This document shows, piece by piece, positions 20,617 to 30,118 of a DNA stretch of 64,000 bases (positions are counted from its first letter, which is position 1; each line of letters opens with the position of its first letter). The DNA lies in assembly GCA_017992455.1 (NCBI GenBank), contig JAGOOP010000003.1:2696-66695 (forward strand), given 5' to 3'. The notes below the pieces were generated by a model. That model worked only from the letters and a program-made list of their open reading frames with translations. It made no database searches and was not told where the DNA came from. Both the position numbers and the translations under genes were made by a program. The stretch is from Candidatus Omnitrophota bacterium (GTDB taxonomy: Bacteria; Omnitrophota; Gorgyraeia; Gygaellales; Profunditerraquicolaceae).

Positions 20617-21270
20617 ATGTACATCATAATCGTCGGGTGCGGAAGGGTCGGATCTGAGCTGGCGCAATTGCTCTCGGCAGAGGGCCACAATGTCGTCATC
20701 GTCGACCGTTCCCCCGCATCGTTCGAGCGCCTCGGCAATACCTTCAACGGACTGACGTTCGTCGGCAACGGCTTTTCGCTCGAACTTCTGCGCCAGGCAG
20801 GCATCGAAAAGGCCGACGCGTTCTGCGCGGTCACCAACGGCGATAATACGAATTTGATCTCCGCGCAGGTGGCGCGCAAGATATTCAATGTCCCGAAGGT
20901 CATCGCCCGCATCTACGACCCGCGCCGGGCGAATATTTATTCGGCGCTCGGCCTCGATATCCTCAGCGGCACCATCCTGTTCGCTTCAATGATCCGCGAC
21001 AAGATCGTGGAAAGCCGTTTTTCCAGCTATCTTATCGAATCAAAAGATGTCGGCGTGCTTGAGGTCGAGGTAAAAGACGATCTTGCCGGCAAGACGATCG
21101 CGGATATAAACATCCCCGGAGAATTCATGGTCGTTGCCGTGCGGAGGCTTGCCGGCGTCACGATCCCGGAGCCGAAGACCGCGGTCATGAAAAAAGACGT
21201 CCTGATGGCCGTCGTGAAGGTCGACGTGCTCGAGAAGATAAAGAAGAAACTGAACCTTGCAGGCGGGTGA
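20617..21270 (+). CDS. trkA: Trk/Ktr potassium uptake regulatory subunit (RCK N+C domains)
   Basis: 217 aa. The Rossmann start MYIIIVGCGRVGSELA is followed by an RCK_C-like C-terminus (LEVEVKDDLAGKTIADINIPGEFMVVAVRR). Confidence 0.85.
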   Translation: MYIIIVGCGRVGSELAQLLSAEGHNVVIVDRSPASFERLGNTFNGLTFVGNGFSLELLRQAGIEKADAFCAVTNGDNTNLISAQVARKIFNVPKVIARIYDPRRANIYSALGLDILSGTILFASMIRDKIVESRFSSYLIESKDVGVLEVEVKDDLAGKTIADINIPGEFMVVAVRRLAGVTIPEPKTAVMKKDVLMAVVKVDVLEKIKKKLNLAGG

Positions 21271-21275
21271 TCGCC

Positions 21276-21938
21276 ATGTACATCATAATCGTCGGCGCGG
21301 GTAAAGTCGGATATTTCCTTGCCAAGCGGCTGATCGCCGGCAGGCATACGGTCAGCATCGTCGAGAAGGACAAGGCGCTGTGCGAAGAGATCGCCAAGGA
21401 ACTCGAGGCGATGGTCATCAACGGCGACGGGTGCGACCCCGTCATTCTTGAGGAAGCAGGGATCAAGCGCGCGGAGGTCGTTGCCGCGGTGACCGGGGAC
21501 GACGAGGATAATCTTATCATCTGCCAGCTCTGCAAGGAGTTGTTCAAGGTCAACCGTACGGTCGGCCGCGTGAACAATCCCGATAACGAACGCACGTTTG
21601 CGGAGCTCGGGGTGGACGTTCCGGTTGACGCCACCATGATCATCGGCAAGATCATCGAGGGGGAAGTTTCTTTTGCCGATTTCGTGAACCTTATGTCGTT
21701 CAAGCGGGGGAAGCTGTCGATCGTGCGCATCGACCTGCCTGCGAATTCGCCCGTGACCAATAAAAAGGTCAAGGACGTGCGCCTTCCCGGGGATTCCGTG
21801 CTTGTGTCGATCGTCAGGCACGACGATGTCATCGTGCCCAAGGGCGATACCGTCTTTATGCCGGGCGACGATATCATCGCGATCACCGGCGTAGGGAACG
21901 AATCGCAGTTGCTGGCGCTGTTCTACGGAAAGCTGTAG
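21276..21938 (+). CDS. trkA: Second Trk/Ktr regulatory subunit (RCK N+C domains)
   Basis: Starts MYIIIVGAGKVGYFLA, parallel to the upstream paralog; the ORF track offers a GTG at 21267. RCK_C-like SIVRIDLPANSPVTNKKVKDVRLPGDSVLVSIVR. Confidence 0.85.
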   Translation: MYIIIVGAGKVGYFLAKRLIAGRHTVSIVEKDKALCEEIAKELEAMVINGDGCDPVILEEAGIKRAEVVAAVTGDDEDNLIICQLCKELFKVNRTVGRVNNPDNERTFAELGVDVPVDATMIIGKIIEGEVSFADFVNLMSFKRGKLSIVRIDLPANSPVTNKKVKDVRLPGDSVLVSIVRHDDVIVPKGDTVFMPGDDIIAITGVGNESQLLALFYGKL

Positions 21939-21942
21939 TGCC

Positions 21943-22068
21943 ATGAAACTGAAGCCGGGTGTTATTTTAAACGCCGCATTCGGGATATTTGCCGAGCTTT
22001 TGTATGCCGCCGCCATCATGCTGTCCGCGCTTGCGGTCTGCCTGGCGTTCTCCCTGATAAAGCCATGA
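21943..22068 (+). CDS. 41-codon hydrophobic micro-ORF coupled to trkH
   Basis: ATG at 21943 gives MKLKPGVILNAAFGIFAELLYAAAIMLSALAVCLAFSLIKP, and its TGA (22066-22068) overlaps the trkH ATG (22065). It has one predicted TM helix, and its start MKLKP echoes the TrkH start MILKP. Coding status is unproven. Confidence 0.3.
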   Translation: MKLKPGVILNAAFGIFAELLYAAAIMLSALAVCLAFSLIKP

Positions 22069-23570
22069 TCCTGAAGCCGCGCCTCGAAGACGTCAAGCTG
22101 ATCGGGTTCTATCTGAGCAAGATCATCCTCGCGCTCGGAGCGTCGATGGCGCTGCCCCTGGCCGTGTCCCTTGCCCTGGCGGAATTCAGCCCCGCCGCCG
22201 ATTTCGCCATCGGCATCGAGATCGCGCTTATCTGCGGCCTTGCGATGCAGCGGGTCTGCCGGACCGACCGGGACCTGCGCTGGATGCACGGGATGATCGT
22301 CGTGTCTTTGTCATGGGTCGCGGCCATGTTCCTCGCAGCGGTGCCGCTGTATTTAAGCGGCCACTGGGCATCGTTTCTCGACGCATGCTTCGATACCATG
22401 TCCGGTTTCGCAACGACCGGCCTGGCCCTCGCGCAGGACCTCGACCACATGTCATACGGACATAATTTCTGGCGCCATCTTATCATGTTCATCGGCGGCC
22501 AGGGCATCGTGATCGTTGCGTTGTCGTTCTTTGTCAAGGGCCTTTCCGGCGCGTTCAAGATGTACGTCGGGGAGGCGCGCGATGAAAAGATCCTGCCCAA
22601 CGTGATCCAGTCGAGCCGCTTCATCTGGCTCGTCAGCTTTGTGTTCCTTGTCATCGGTACCGCGGTGCTGGGGATTGCCGGAATGCTGAACGGTATGCGG
22701 CCGTTCAACGCTTTTTTTCACGGCATCTGTATTTTTATCACGGCGTTCGACACCGGCGGTTTTGCGCCGCACTCGCAGAGCATCCTGTATTATCACAGCG
22801 CCGCCTATGAAATCATTACCGTTGTCATCATGATCATGGGCGCGATTAATTTTAAGCTGCACTATCATTTGTGGACCGGGCGCCGCAGGGAGATCCTGAG
22901 CAATATCGAGAGCCGCACTTTTTTTATCAGCGTGTTCATCGTTTTTTTTATTGTCGCCGCGGGGTTGCGCGCGGCCGGGATGTATCCGCAGGCCGGCGTT
23001 TTATTCCGTAAGGGCTTTTATCAGCTTATTTCGGGCCATACGGGCACCGGCTTTCAAACGATCTATCCCGGGCAGTTCCTGTCCGATTGGAACGATCTGG
23101 CGGTCGTCGGCATCATTATCGCCATGGCATTCGGCGGCGCGGTATGTTCCACGACCGGCGCCATCAAGATGGTCAGGCTCGGCGTTATCTCAAAGGCGTT
23201 CATACAGGACGTCAAGCGCATCCTCTTGCCTGAACGGGCGGTCGTGCAGCAAAAGTTCCATCACATCAGGGAGGTTTTTCTTGATGATAAGATCGTTCGC
23301 ACGGCGCTCATCATCACTTTTGCGTACATCGTTCTTTACGGGCTCGGTTCTCTCGTCGGCATGCTGTACGGCTATCCGTTCCTGAAGTCCCTGTTTGAGT
23401 CCACGTCTGCGGCGGCGAACGTGGGTTTATCATGCGGTATTACCGCTCCCGCCATGCCCGCAGGATTAAAAGTCACGTATATCGTGCAGATGTGGGCGGG
23501 CAGGCTCGAGTTCATGTCCGTGTTGACGCTGCTTGGATTCCTCGTCGCCGCGGTCAAGGGGAAGCGATGA
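22065..23570 (+). CDS. trkH: Trk-type potassium transporter membrane subunit
   Basis: 501-aa polytopic membrane protein with the TrkH/KtrB-type pattern (SGFATTGLA, FDTGGFA, ISGHTGTGF, SAAANVGLS selectivity-loop glycine motifs), downstream of the two trkA genes. Confidence 0.9.
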   Translation: MILKPRLEDVKLIGFYLSKIILALGASMALPLAVSLALAEFSPAADFAIGIEIALICGLAMQRVCRTDRDLRWMHGMIVVSLSWVAAMFLAAVPLYLSGHWASFLDACFDTMSGFATTGLALAQDLDHMSYGHNFWRHLIMFIGGQGIVIVALSFFVKGLSGAFKMYVGEARDEKILPNVIQSSRFIWLVSFVFLVIGTAVLGIAGMLNGMRPFNAFFHGICIFITAFDTGGFAPHSQSILYYHSAAYEIITVVIMIMGAINFKLHYHLWTGRRREILSNIESRTFFISVFIVFFIVAAGLRAAGMYPQAGVLFRKGFYQLISGHTGTGFQTIYPGQFLSDWNDLAVVGIIIAMAFGGAVCSTTGAIKMVRLGVISKAFIQDVKRILLPERAVVQQKFHHIREVFLDDKIVRTALIITFAYIVLYGLGSLVGMLYGYPFLKSLFESTSAAANVGLSCGITAPAMPAGLKVTYIVQMWAGRLEFMSVLTLLGFLVAAVKGKR

Positions 23571-24052
23571 GGATGCGCGTCTGCGCGGCGATGTGCGCGG
23601 CAATGCTCTTTGCCGGCGCGGCAGCGTGCGCGGCGCAAACGGTTTCCAGCGAAGAGCTGATAGCACGGCCGAAGGATTTCGACGGCACGGCCGTCGTGTT
23701 CCGCGGCGAGGTGATCGGCGATATCATGATACGCGGCGGATATGCGTGGATCAATGTCCATGACGGCACGGCTGCGATCGGCGTGTGGGCGGCTGCCGCA
23801 ATGGCCCGCGGGATCGCCCATGCGGGGAATTTCAGGCATTCGGGAGATATTGTAGAGATCGAAGGGACGTTCAACCGCGCCTGCGTCGAGCACGGCGGGG
23901 ATATGGATATTCACGCGCAGGTCATGAAGGTGGCGAGCCCCGGAGCGCCGCGGATGACCTGCAGCCTGAACAAAGTAAAAAAAGACTGGGTGATCAAACT
24001 TTTAGGAGTTGTGGCGATCGTATGGATATTGACGCTATTAAAAACTCGGTGA
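23567..24052 (+). CDS. Hypothetical exported protein with a C-terminal membrane anchor
   Basis: Start ATG overlaps the trkH stop (ATGA at 23567-23570). It has the signal-like N-terminus MRMRVCAAMCAAMLFAGAAACAAQ and a C-terminal TM (WVIKLLGVVAIVWILTLL). I recognise no family. Confidence 0.5.
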   Translation: MRMRVCAAMCAAMLFAGAAACAAQTVSSEELIARPKDFDGTAVVFRGEVIGDIMIRGGYAWINVHDGTAAIGVWAAAAMARGIAHAGNFRHSGDIVEIEGTFNRACVEHGGDMDIHAQVMKVASPGAPRMTCSLNKVKKDWVIKLLGVVAIVWILTLLKTR

Positions 24053-25068
24053 CACAAGAGCTGGGTAATGTTTCCTCGAACGCCGACCTTGATGCGTTAC
24101 GCGTCAGGTATCTGGGCAGAAAAGGCGTCCTGGCCGACCTGACCGGATCGATACCGTCGCTGCCGCCGGACCAGCGCGGCGCATTCGGCAAGCGGGTGAA
24201 CGAGCTCAAGGGGCTGCTTGCCTCGATGTTCGATGAGAAACAGCGGTCGCTCGGGGCCGATGCCGTTGCGCGCGCCGGAGAAAAGCCCGATATGGGCATG
24301 CCCGGTATTGCCCAGGACGTGGGCAGGCTTCATGTGCTGACGCAGGTCATCAACGAGATATGCGATATATTCACCCGCATGGGATTTTTGATCGTCGACG
24401 GCCTTGAGGTCGAAACGGAATACAATAATTTCACGGGCCTGAATATTCCGCTCGAACATCCCTCGCGCGAAGCGTTCGACACGTTCTACCTTAAAGACCT
24501 CGGTGCATCCGCGCTCGGCAGGCCCGCGTCTGACGGAAAATTGCTTTTACGGTCGCAGACCTCCTCGGTGCAGATATCGGTCATGAAAGAGAATAAGCCG
24601 CCCCTTGCGGTTGTCGCGCCCGGGCGGGTTTACCGGCCCGATGCGGTTGACGCGTCGCATTCGTTCATGTTCCATCAGATCGAAGGTTTCTTGGTGGACA
24701 AAGGGGTCAGGTTCTCCGACCTGAAGGGCACGCTTGAATTCTTTGCCCGGGCCGTGTTCGGCCAGGATATCAGGATGCGGTTCAGGCCGCACTTTTTTCC
24801 GTTCACCGAGCCCTCGGCCGAGATCGATATCTCATGCATCATCTGTAAAGGCAAGGGCTGTTCCGTGTGCGGCAAGAAGGGATGGCTTGAGATCCTCGGG
24901 TCCGGCATGATCCACCCGAATGTATTCAGGAATGTCGGGTATGACCCGGAAAAATATACCGGTTTTGCGTTCGGCATGGGCGTTGAGCGCATCGCCATGC
25001 TCAAATACGGCATCAATGATATACGGCTTTTTTATGAGAACGACCTGCGCTTTTTAAGGCAGTTTTAA
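24022..25068 (+). CDS. pheS: Phenylalanyl-tRNA synthetase alpha subunit
   Basis: Starts MDIDAIKNSVTQEL...LDALRVRYLGRKG. Class II motifs include LLRSQTSSVQ, VVAPGRVYRPD, FHQIEGFLVD, FRPHFFPFTEPSAEIDI and GFAFGMGVERIAMLKYGI. The ORF-track start at 23785 is an upstream extension. Confidence 0.93.
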   Translation: MDIDAIKNSVTQELGNVSSNADLDALRVRYLGRKGVLADLTGSIPSLPPDQRGAFGKRVNELKGLLASMFDEKQRSLGADAVARAGEKPDMGMPGIAQDVGRLHVLTQVINEICDIFTRMGFLIVDGLEVETEYNNFTGLNIPLEHPSREAFDTFYLKDLGASALGRPASDGKLLLRSQTSSVQISVMKENKPPLAVVAPGRVYRPDAVDASHSFMFHQIEGFLVDKGVRFSDLKGTLEFFARAVFGQDIRMRFRPHFFPFTEPSAEIDISCIICKGKGCSVCGKKGWLEILGSGMIHPNVFRNVGYDPEKYTGFAFGMGVERIAMLKYGINDIRLFYENDLRFLRQF

Positions 25069-25071
25069 ACC

Positions 25072-27132
25072 ATGAAGACCACCTATAACTGGATCAGGGA
25101 ATTCGTCGATGTCGATATGCCGCCGGAGGAACTCGCGGATAAGCTGACCATGGCGGGCATCGAGGTCAAGGCCGTTGAGTCCAGGCACGGCGATTTTGTG
25201 TTCGAGATCGAGATCACCTCGAACAGGCCTGACTGGCTCAGCGTGCTGGGGATCGCCCGGGAAGTGGCGGCGGTGACGGGGAAAAAGCTGAAGCCGGTCC
25301 CTGCGCTGCGTCGCGCGGCTGTATCCGGCAAGAAACGGGCGCAGGCGCGCGGCACGGCGGCGTGCCCGTGGCAGGTCCGCATCGAAGACCGCGAGGACTG
25401 CCCGCTGTACACGGCCAGGATCCTGTCGCATGTGGCGGTCGGCCCTTCCCCGGACTGGCTGCGCCGTCGCCTCGAACTGGTCGGATGCCGCAGCGTCAAC
25501 AACGTCGTCGATATTACGAATTACTGCCTGTATGAAATGGGAGAGCCGCTGCATGCGTTCGACGCGGATACGCTTGCCCCGGGAGAGATCGTCGTGCGCC
25601 GGGCAAAGCAGGGCGAAAAGATAACGACGATCGACGGACAGGACCGGGCATTGGATCCGTCGGTGCTGGTCATCGCCGATTCCCAAAAGCCGGTCGCGGC
25701 CGCAGGGGTCATGGGAGGCAAAGCGACCGAGGTGACGGAGCGGACAAAAAACGTTATTCTGGAAGCGGCCATATTCAGGCCCGTTGTTGTCAGGCGCGGC
25801 AGGCAGTCCCTCGGGCTTCAGAGCGAAGCGTCGTACAGGTTCGAGCGGGGGATCGATCCGGGCATTATCGCAATAGCGTCGGACCGTGCCGCAGGCCTTA
25901 TCCAAAAATTGTGCGCAGGCAGTATCGAAGGCGCGGCAAGCTCGCCTGCTGTCAGGTGCCGGCCCCGGACCGTTGCGCTGTCCGAAACGGCTGTCAGCGA
26001 AGTCCTGGGCGTTTCGCTTCCCGCGTCCCGCATAAAGAGCATTCTTTCGTCGCTGGGATTCGTTGTCAGGACGAAACGCACGGGGAGCCTTGCGGTTTCC
26101 GTGCCCACGCACCGGCAGGATGTCTGCGCCGGGATCGATCTGATCGAAGAAACGGCGCGCATATACGGGTTCGACCGGATCCCCTCAAGCCTTGCGGCAG
26201 TGAAGCTGCAGGCCGCGGGCGACGACACATACCGCCGCATCTGCGGGGTTAAATCTATATTGACGGGCCTTGGCCTTGACGAGGTCATCACCTATAGCAT
26301 GCTTGACAAGCAGTCGCTTGCGGGTTTCTGGGGGGATGATGCGGCGCTGGCCGCGATAGCGAATCCGCTCAGCGAAGAACAGGAATTCCTGCGGCCCGTG
26401 CTCATGCCCGGCGTGGTCGCAAGCGCCGCTTACAATCTGCGGCAGCAGCAGGAGTATATATCGGTTTTCGAGATAGCAAAGACGTATCAGCTGCGGCAGG
26501 GCCGTTTGCACGAGAATTATCATGTCTGCGCCGCGCTCTGCGGCCGGAAATCGGTGTGGCTCGAGCAGGATAAGCGCCGCATGGCCGACAGCCCGGCGTT
26601 CCTGCACCTGAAAGGGATCACGGCTGTTCTGTTCGACCGCTGCCGCGTCGGGCCGTACCGGTTCGCCGCCGTTGATGCGGGCCGGGTCGATATCATGGGC
26701 CCGAACGGCGCATTAGGGACGATGCGCAGGATAGGCAAAGACGTTCTCGACCGCCTCGCGGTCAAGAACAGGGATATGTATGCGGTTGAACTGTCGCTGA
26801 ACGGCATCCTCGGCGCAGGCAGGCGCGAGTGCCGGTTCGAACAGCTCTGCCGGTATCCGGGCATCTGCCGGGACATCAGCATCGTCGTTCAGGACAGCGT
26901 CGAGACATCGGAAGTCGTCGAACATATCAAACAGCACGGCGGGGAGTTTTTACAGCGTGTGGCAATCAGCGATTTTTACAAAGGCAAGCCCATACCCGAC
27001 GGCCATAAGAATCTGACCGTGTCCTGTTTTTACCGCTCGGCCGCGCGGACGCTGCAGGAAGACGAAGTGAATGCGGCGCACCACGCGGTCATCGAGCGCC
27101 TCAAGGAACGGTTTCAGGCGGCGATCCGGTAG
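25072..27132 (+). CDS. pheT: Phenylalanyl-tRNA synthetase beta subunit (lacks the N-terminal tRNA-binding OB domain)
   Basis: 686 aa. It starts MKTTYNWIREFVDVDMPPEELADKLTMAGIEVKAVE and continues directly into FEIEITSNRPDWLSVLGIAREVA (B3/B4). The usual ~100-aa EMAP-like OB insert is missing. B5 and FDX-ACB-like regions are present. Confidence 0.9.
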   Translation: MKTTYNWIREFVDVDMPPEELADKLTMAGIEVKAVESRHGDFVFEIEITSNRPDWLSVLGIAREVAAVTGKKLKPVPALRRAAVSGKKRAQARGTAACPWQVRIEDREDCPLYTARILSHVAVGPSPDWLRRRLELVGCRSVNNVVDITNYCLYEMGEPLHAFDADTLAPGEIVVRRAKQGEKITTIDGQDRALDPSVLVIADSQKPVAAAGVMGGKATEVTERTKNVILEAAIFRPVVVRRGRQSLGLQSEASYRFERGIDPGIIAIASDRAAGLIQKLCAGSIEGAASSPAVRCRPRTVALSETAVSEVLGVSLPASRIKSILSSLGFVVRTKRTGSLAVSVPTHRQDVCAGIDLIEETARIYGFDRIPSSLAAVKLQAAGDDTYRRICGVKSILTGLGLDEVITYSMLDKQSLAGFWGDDAALAAIANPLSEEQEFLRPVLMPGVVASAAYNLRQQQEYISVFEIAKTYQLRQGRLHENYHVCAALCGRKSVWLEQDKRRMADSPAFLHLKGITAVLFDRCRVGPYRFAAVDAGRVDIMGPNGALGTMRRIGKDVLDRLAVKNRDMYAVELSLNGILGAGRRECRFEQLCRYPGICRDISIVVQDSVETSEVVEHIKQHGGEFLQRVAISDFYKGKPIPDGHKNLTVSCFYRSAARTLQEDEVNAAHHAVIERLKERFQAAIR

Positions 27133-27136
27133 CTGC

Positions 27137-27166
27137 TTGACAAGGGCCGTTGCGGCGTGGTATACT
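27137..27166 (+). promoter_or_regulatory. Near-consensus sigma-70 promoter at the start of the pheT-rarA spacer
   Basis: TTGACA (27137-27142), 18 nt, TATACT (27161-27166), preceded by TGG (extended -10 like). About 250 nt of non-coding sequence follows before rarA. Confidence 0.5.
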
Positions 27167-27415
27167 TTGGTTGCAATAACGCTCTTTTATATCCCTGCCG
27201 TGTTCGTTGGCAATGCTTGACAATAGGTGAACCAACACAATATGTATGGGAGCTTCGATTCTTCTACGCCTTGGCGTAAAGAGAGAGCACCCACCTGATA
27301 CCGTAAGGTTCAGCCGTCGAGCGCCAACGACACAGTGCGGGGATTTTTTTTTCGAGCCCGCCCTGTTCTCGGAAAAATAATCCTGTGCGATGTCTTGCAT
27401 CGCACGGGAGTACCT

Positions 27416-28798
27416 ATGAAAAAAAATTCATTAGACACAGACCTTTTCTCCAAAGAGCAGGCGGAAAAAGACTTCAAGGCCCTCCCCCTTGCCGCCCGCA
27501 TGCGGCCGCAGCGCCTTGAAGATTTTATCGGACAGGAACATGTCCTGGGCCCGGGCAAGCTCCTGCGCCGCGCGATCGAGGCGGACCGCATGAGTTCGAT
27601 CATCCTGTTCGGCCCGCCGGGATGCGGCAAGACCTCGCTGGCCGTATGCATTGCCGGCGTGACGAAATCCTTTTATGCCGCCATCAACGCGACGACCTCC
27701 AGCGTCGATGAGATGCGAAAAGCGATCGCGCAGGCAAAACTGCGCCGCGCAAACGAGGGAGCCCGGACGATCCTTTTTATCGACGAGATACACCGGTTCA
27801 ACAAGGCCCAGCAGGACGTTCTTCTTCCCGACGTCGAACAGGGCAACCCCGTGCTCATCGGCGCGACCGTCCATAATCCGTTTTTCTACATCGCATCCCC
27901 ACTGGTATCCCGTTCTCTGGTGCTGGAATTAAAACCCTTGCAGGACAGCCAGATAATCGAGATCATGCAGGCCGCATTGAAGGATACAGCGCGCGGCCTT
28001 GGCGCGTTCAAGGTGCGGATGGATAACAAGGCGCTTGAATTCCTCGCGAAGGTCTGTGAAGGCGACGCGCGCAGGGCGCTCAATGCGCTCGAGCTGGGCG
28101 TTCTGACCACCCCAAAGAGGAAAGACGGCTCGATCCGTTTTTCCCTCGAGACCGCTGCCGAGTCCATACAGAAAAAGCCCGTCGTCTATGACAGGGACGA
28201 GGACGGCCATTACGATACCGCCAGCGCGTTCATCAAATCAATGCGCGGGTCCGATCCCGACGCTGCGATCTACTGGATGGCGAAAATGCTGTATGCCGGA
28301 GAGGACCCGCGGTTCATCGCCCGGCGGGTGTGCATCCTCGCCGCAGAGGACGTCGGCAACGCAGACCCGCTCGCGCTCGTTCTGGCAAATGCGGCTTTGC
28401 AGGTCGCCGAGTTCGTCGGCATGCCGGAAGCGCGCATACCGCTTGCCCAGGCGGTCACCTATGTCGCGTGCGCGCCCAAATCCAATGCCGCGTATCTTGC
28501 CGTCGATAAGGCGTATGGGGATATCGAATCGGGCAGGGTGCAGGAAGTGCCGGATCATCTTAAAAGCACGGCATACGCCGCGGCCGCGAAGCTCGGCCAC
28601 GGCAAAGGGTATAAATACAGCCACGATTATCCGGGCCATTACGTTGACCAGAAATACACGCCGCTGCCGGTTAAGTACTATTTCCCGACGGACATCGGCT
28701 ATGAAGCGAAGATCAAGGCGCGGATGGAGAAGCTAAAACAGGGGGACGGTGCTCACGGGCGGGGGCAGGCCCCCGACGAGGCTCAGCCCCGCCCGTGA
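27416..28798 (+). CDS. rarA: Replication-associated recombination protein A (MgsA/RarA AAA+ ATPase)
   Basis: Starts MKKNSLDTDLF...PLAARMRPQRLEDFIGQEHVLGPGKLLRRAIEADRMSSIILFGPPGCGKTSLA. It also has ILFIDEIHRFNKAQQDVLLP, the MgsA C-terminal AIYWMAKMLYAGEDPRFIARR and GYKYSHDY. Confidence 0.92.
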   Translation: MKKNSLDTDLFSKEQAEKDFKALPLAARMRPQRLEDFIGQEHVLGPGKLLRRAIEADRMSSIILFGPPGCGKTSLAVCIAGVTKSFYAAINATTSSVDEMRKAIAQAKLRRANEGARTILFIDEIHRFNKAQQDVLLPDVEQGNPVLIGATVHNPFFYIASPLVSRSLVLELKPLQDSQIIEIMQAALKDTARGLGAFKVRMDNKALEFLAKVCEGDARRALNALELGVLTTPKRKDGSIRFSLETAAESIQKKPVVYDRDEDGHYDTASAFIKSMRGSDPDAAIYWMAKMLYAGEDPRFIARRVCILAAEDVGNADPLALVLANAALQVAEFVGMPEARIPLAQAVTYVACAPKSNAAYLAVDKAYGDIESGRVQEVPDHLKSTAYAAAAKLGHGKGYKYSHDYPGHYVDQKYTPLPVKYYFPTDIGYEAKIKARMEKLKQGDGAHGRGQAPDEAQPRP

Positions 28799-28826
28799 GA
28801 ACCGTCCCTATTATTTCGGAGACCAT

Positions 28827-29492
28827 ATGATCATCACGGAACAGAAGCCGCTGGAAGAGATCCTCGAAAGCCTCGCCGGAAAAACGAAGATATTTCTCGC
28901 AGGCTGCGGGGATTGCGCGACCGCGTGCAGGACAGGCGGTGAAGCGCAGATGCTGGACATGAAAAAGCTTCTCGAAGAGAAGGGCAAAGTTGTTACCGGG
29001 ATATGCATCCCCGATGCGACGTGCGTTGCGGCAAAATTGAAAACCGCCCTCGCCGGCCATTTGCCGGCTCTGCGGCAGTCCGAGGCGGTCGTTGTATTCA
29101 GCTGCGGCCTCGGCGTGCAGTCGTTCAAAGACAATGACCGGCTCAGGTTAACGGTTCTGCCGGGCTGTAATTCTCTTTCCGGCGCAGTGCTTGACGGCCA
29201 GGGCAATCTCTGGGAGAAATGCGCCATGTGCGGCCAGTGCGTGCTCGGGAAGACCGCCGGCATCTGCCCTGTTGCGCTGTGCCCGAAAGGCCTTTTGAAC
29301 GGGCCGTGCGGCGGCATGAACAAGGGGAAGTGCGAGCTTGACTCAGAACGCGACTGCGTATGGGTGCTTATATACAGGGAAGCCGAAAAAAAACAGCAGG
29401 CAGAGGCGCTCAATAAAATACAGCCGCCGCGGGACTATAAAAAAACCGTACGGCCTCATTCGCTGATCGTGAACCAACCCGCAGTAAAATAA
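28827..29492 (+). CDS. Methylenetetrahydrofolate reductase C-terminal-domain-like Cys-rich protein
   Basis: Starts MIITEQKPLEEIL. The Cys cluster CAMCGQCVLGKTAGICPVALCPKGLLNGPCGGMNKGKCELDSERDCVW resembles the MTHFR_C / MetV-type zinc-ribbon region. Confidence 0.55.
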   Translation: MIITEQKPLEEILESLAGKTKIFLAGCGDCATACRTGGEAQMLDMKKLLEEKGKVVTGICIPDATCVAAKLKTALAGHLPALRQSEAVVVFSCGLGVQSFKDNDRLRLTVLPGCNSLSGAVLDGQGNLWEKCAMCGQCVLGKTAGICPVALCPKGLLNGPCGGMNKGKCELDSERDCVWVLIYREAEKKQQAEALNKIQPPRDYKKTVRPHSLIVNQPAVK

Positions 29493-29495
29493 TAT

Positions 29496-30062
29496 ATGGC
29501 ACGCAAACGCAACGACATAGCGTTGACAAAAGAAGCAATTCGTAATAAAATCTTAGTGAGACTTAAAACCCAGAAGGAGGATATAAGGGCCCGGAAAAGC
29601 GCCGTTATTTCCAAGAGGCTGTTCCGGACCCGGGCGTTCAAGCAGGCTGTAACAGTGATGTTTTACAAGGCATTTACGGGTGAGGTCGATACCGACAGCA
29701 TGATCAAAGCAGCTCAAAAATCAGGCAAGATCGTCGTAGTTCCTGTTTGCGGCGAACATAGAACATTAATTCCCTGTATCCTCAAGGACGGAGCGCGGCT
29801 GTTGCGCGGCCCGTACGGGATAGGGGAACCTGCAATCAAGAGATCCGTGCCCCTGCGCTCCATCGACCTGGTCATCGTGCCGGGTATCGCGTTTACCAAA
29901 AACGGCAAACGACTGGGCAGAGGCAAAGGATACTACGACCGCTTCTTATCGCGCGTATCGCACCGCGCTGCTATCATCGGCCTGGGATTCGATTTCCAGG
30001 TGCTGCCCGATCTTCCCACCAATGCCATGGACGTCAGCGTCCAGAAGGTCATCGCCGCCTGA
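29496..30062 (+). CDS. 5-formyltetrahydrofolate cyclo-ligase
   Basis: 188 aa. GEVDTDSMI, VVVPVC and the diagnostic LVIVPGIAFTKNGKRLGRGKGYYDRFL. Confidence 0.85.
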   Translation: MARKRNDIALTKEAIRNKILVRLKTQKEDIRARKSAVISKRLFRTRAFKQAVTVMFYKAFTGEVDTDSMIKAAQKSGKIVVVPVCGEHRTLIPCILKDGARLLRGPYGIGEPAIKRSVPLRSIDLVIVPGIAFTKNGKRLGRGKGYYDRFLSRVSHRAAIIGLGFDFQVLPDLPTNAMDVSVQKVIAA

Positions 30063-30118
30063 CCGTTCCGTCCGGCGGTAAAATCAAGAGTCATTAAAAT
30101 AGAGGAGGTTCCCGCACC

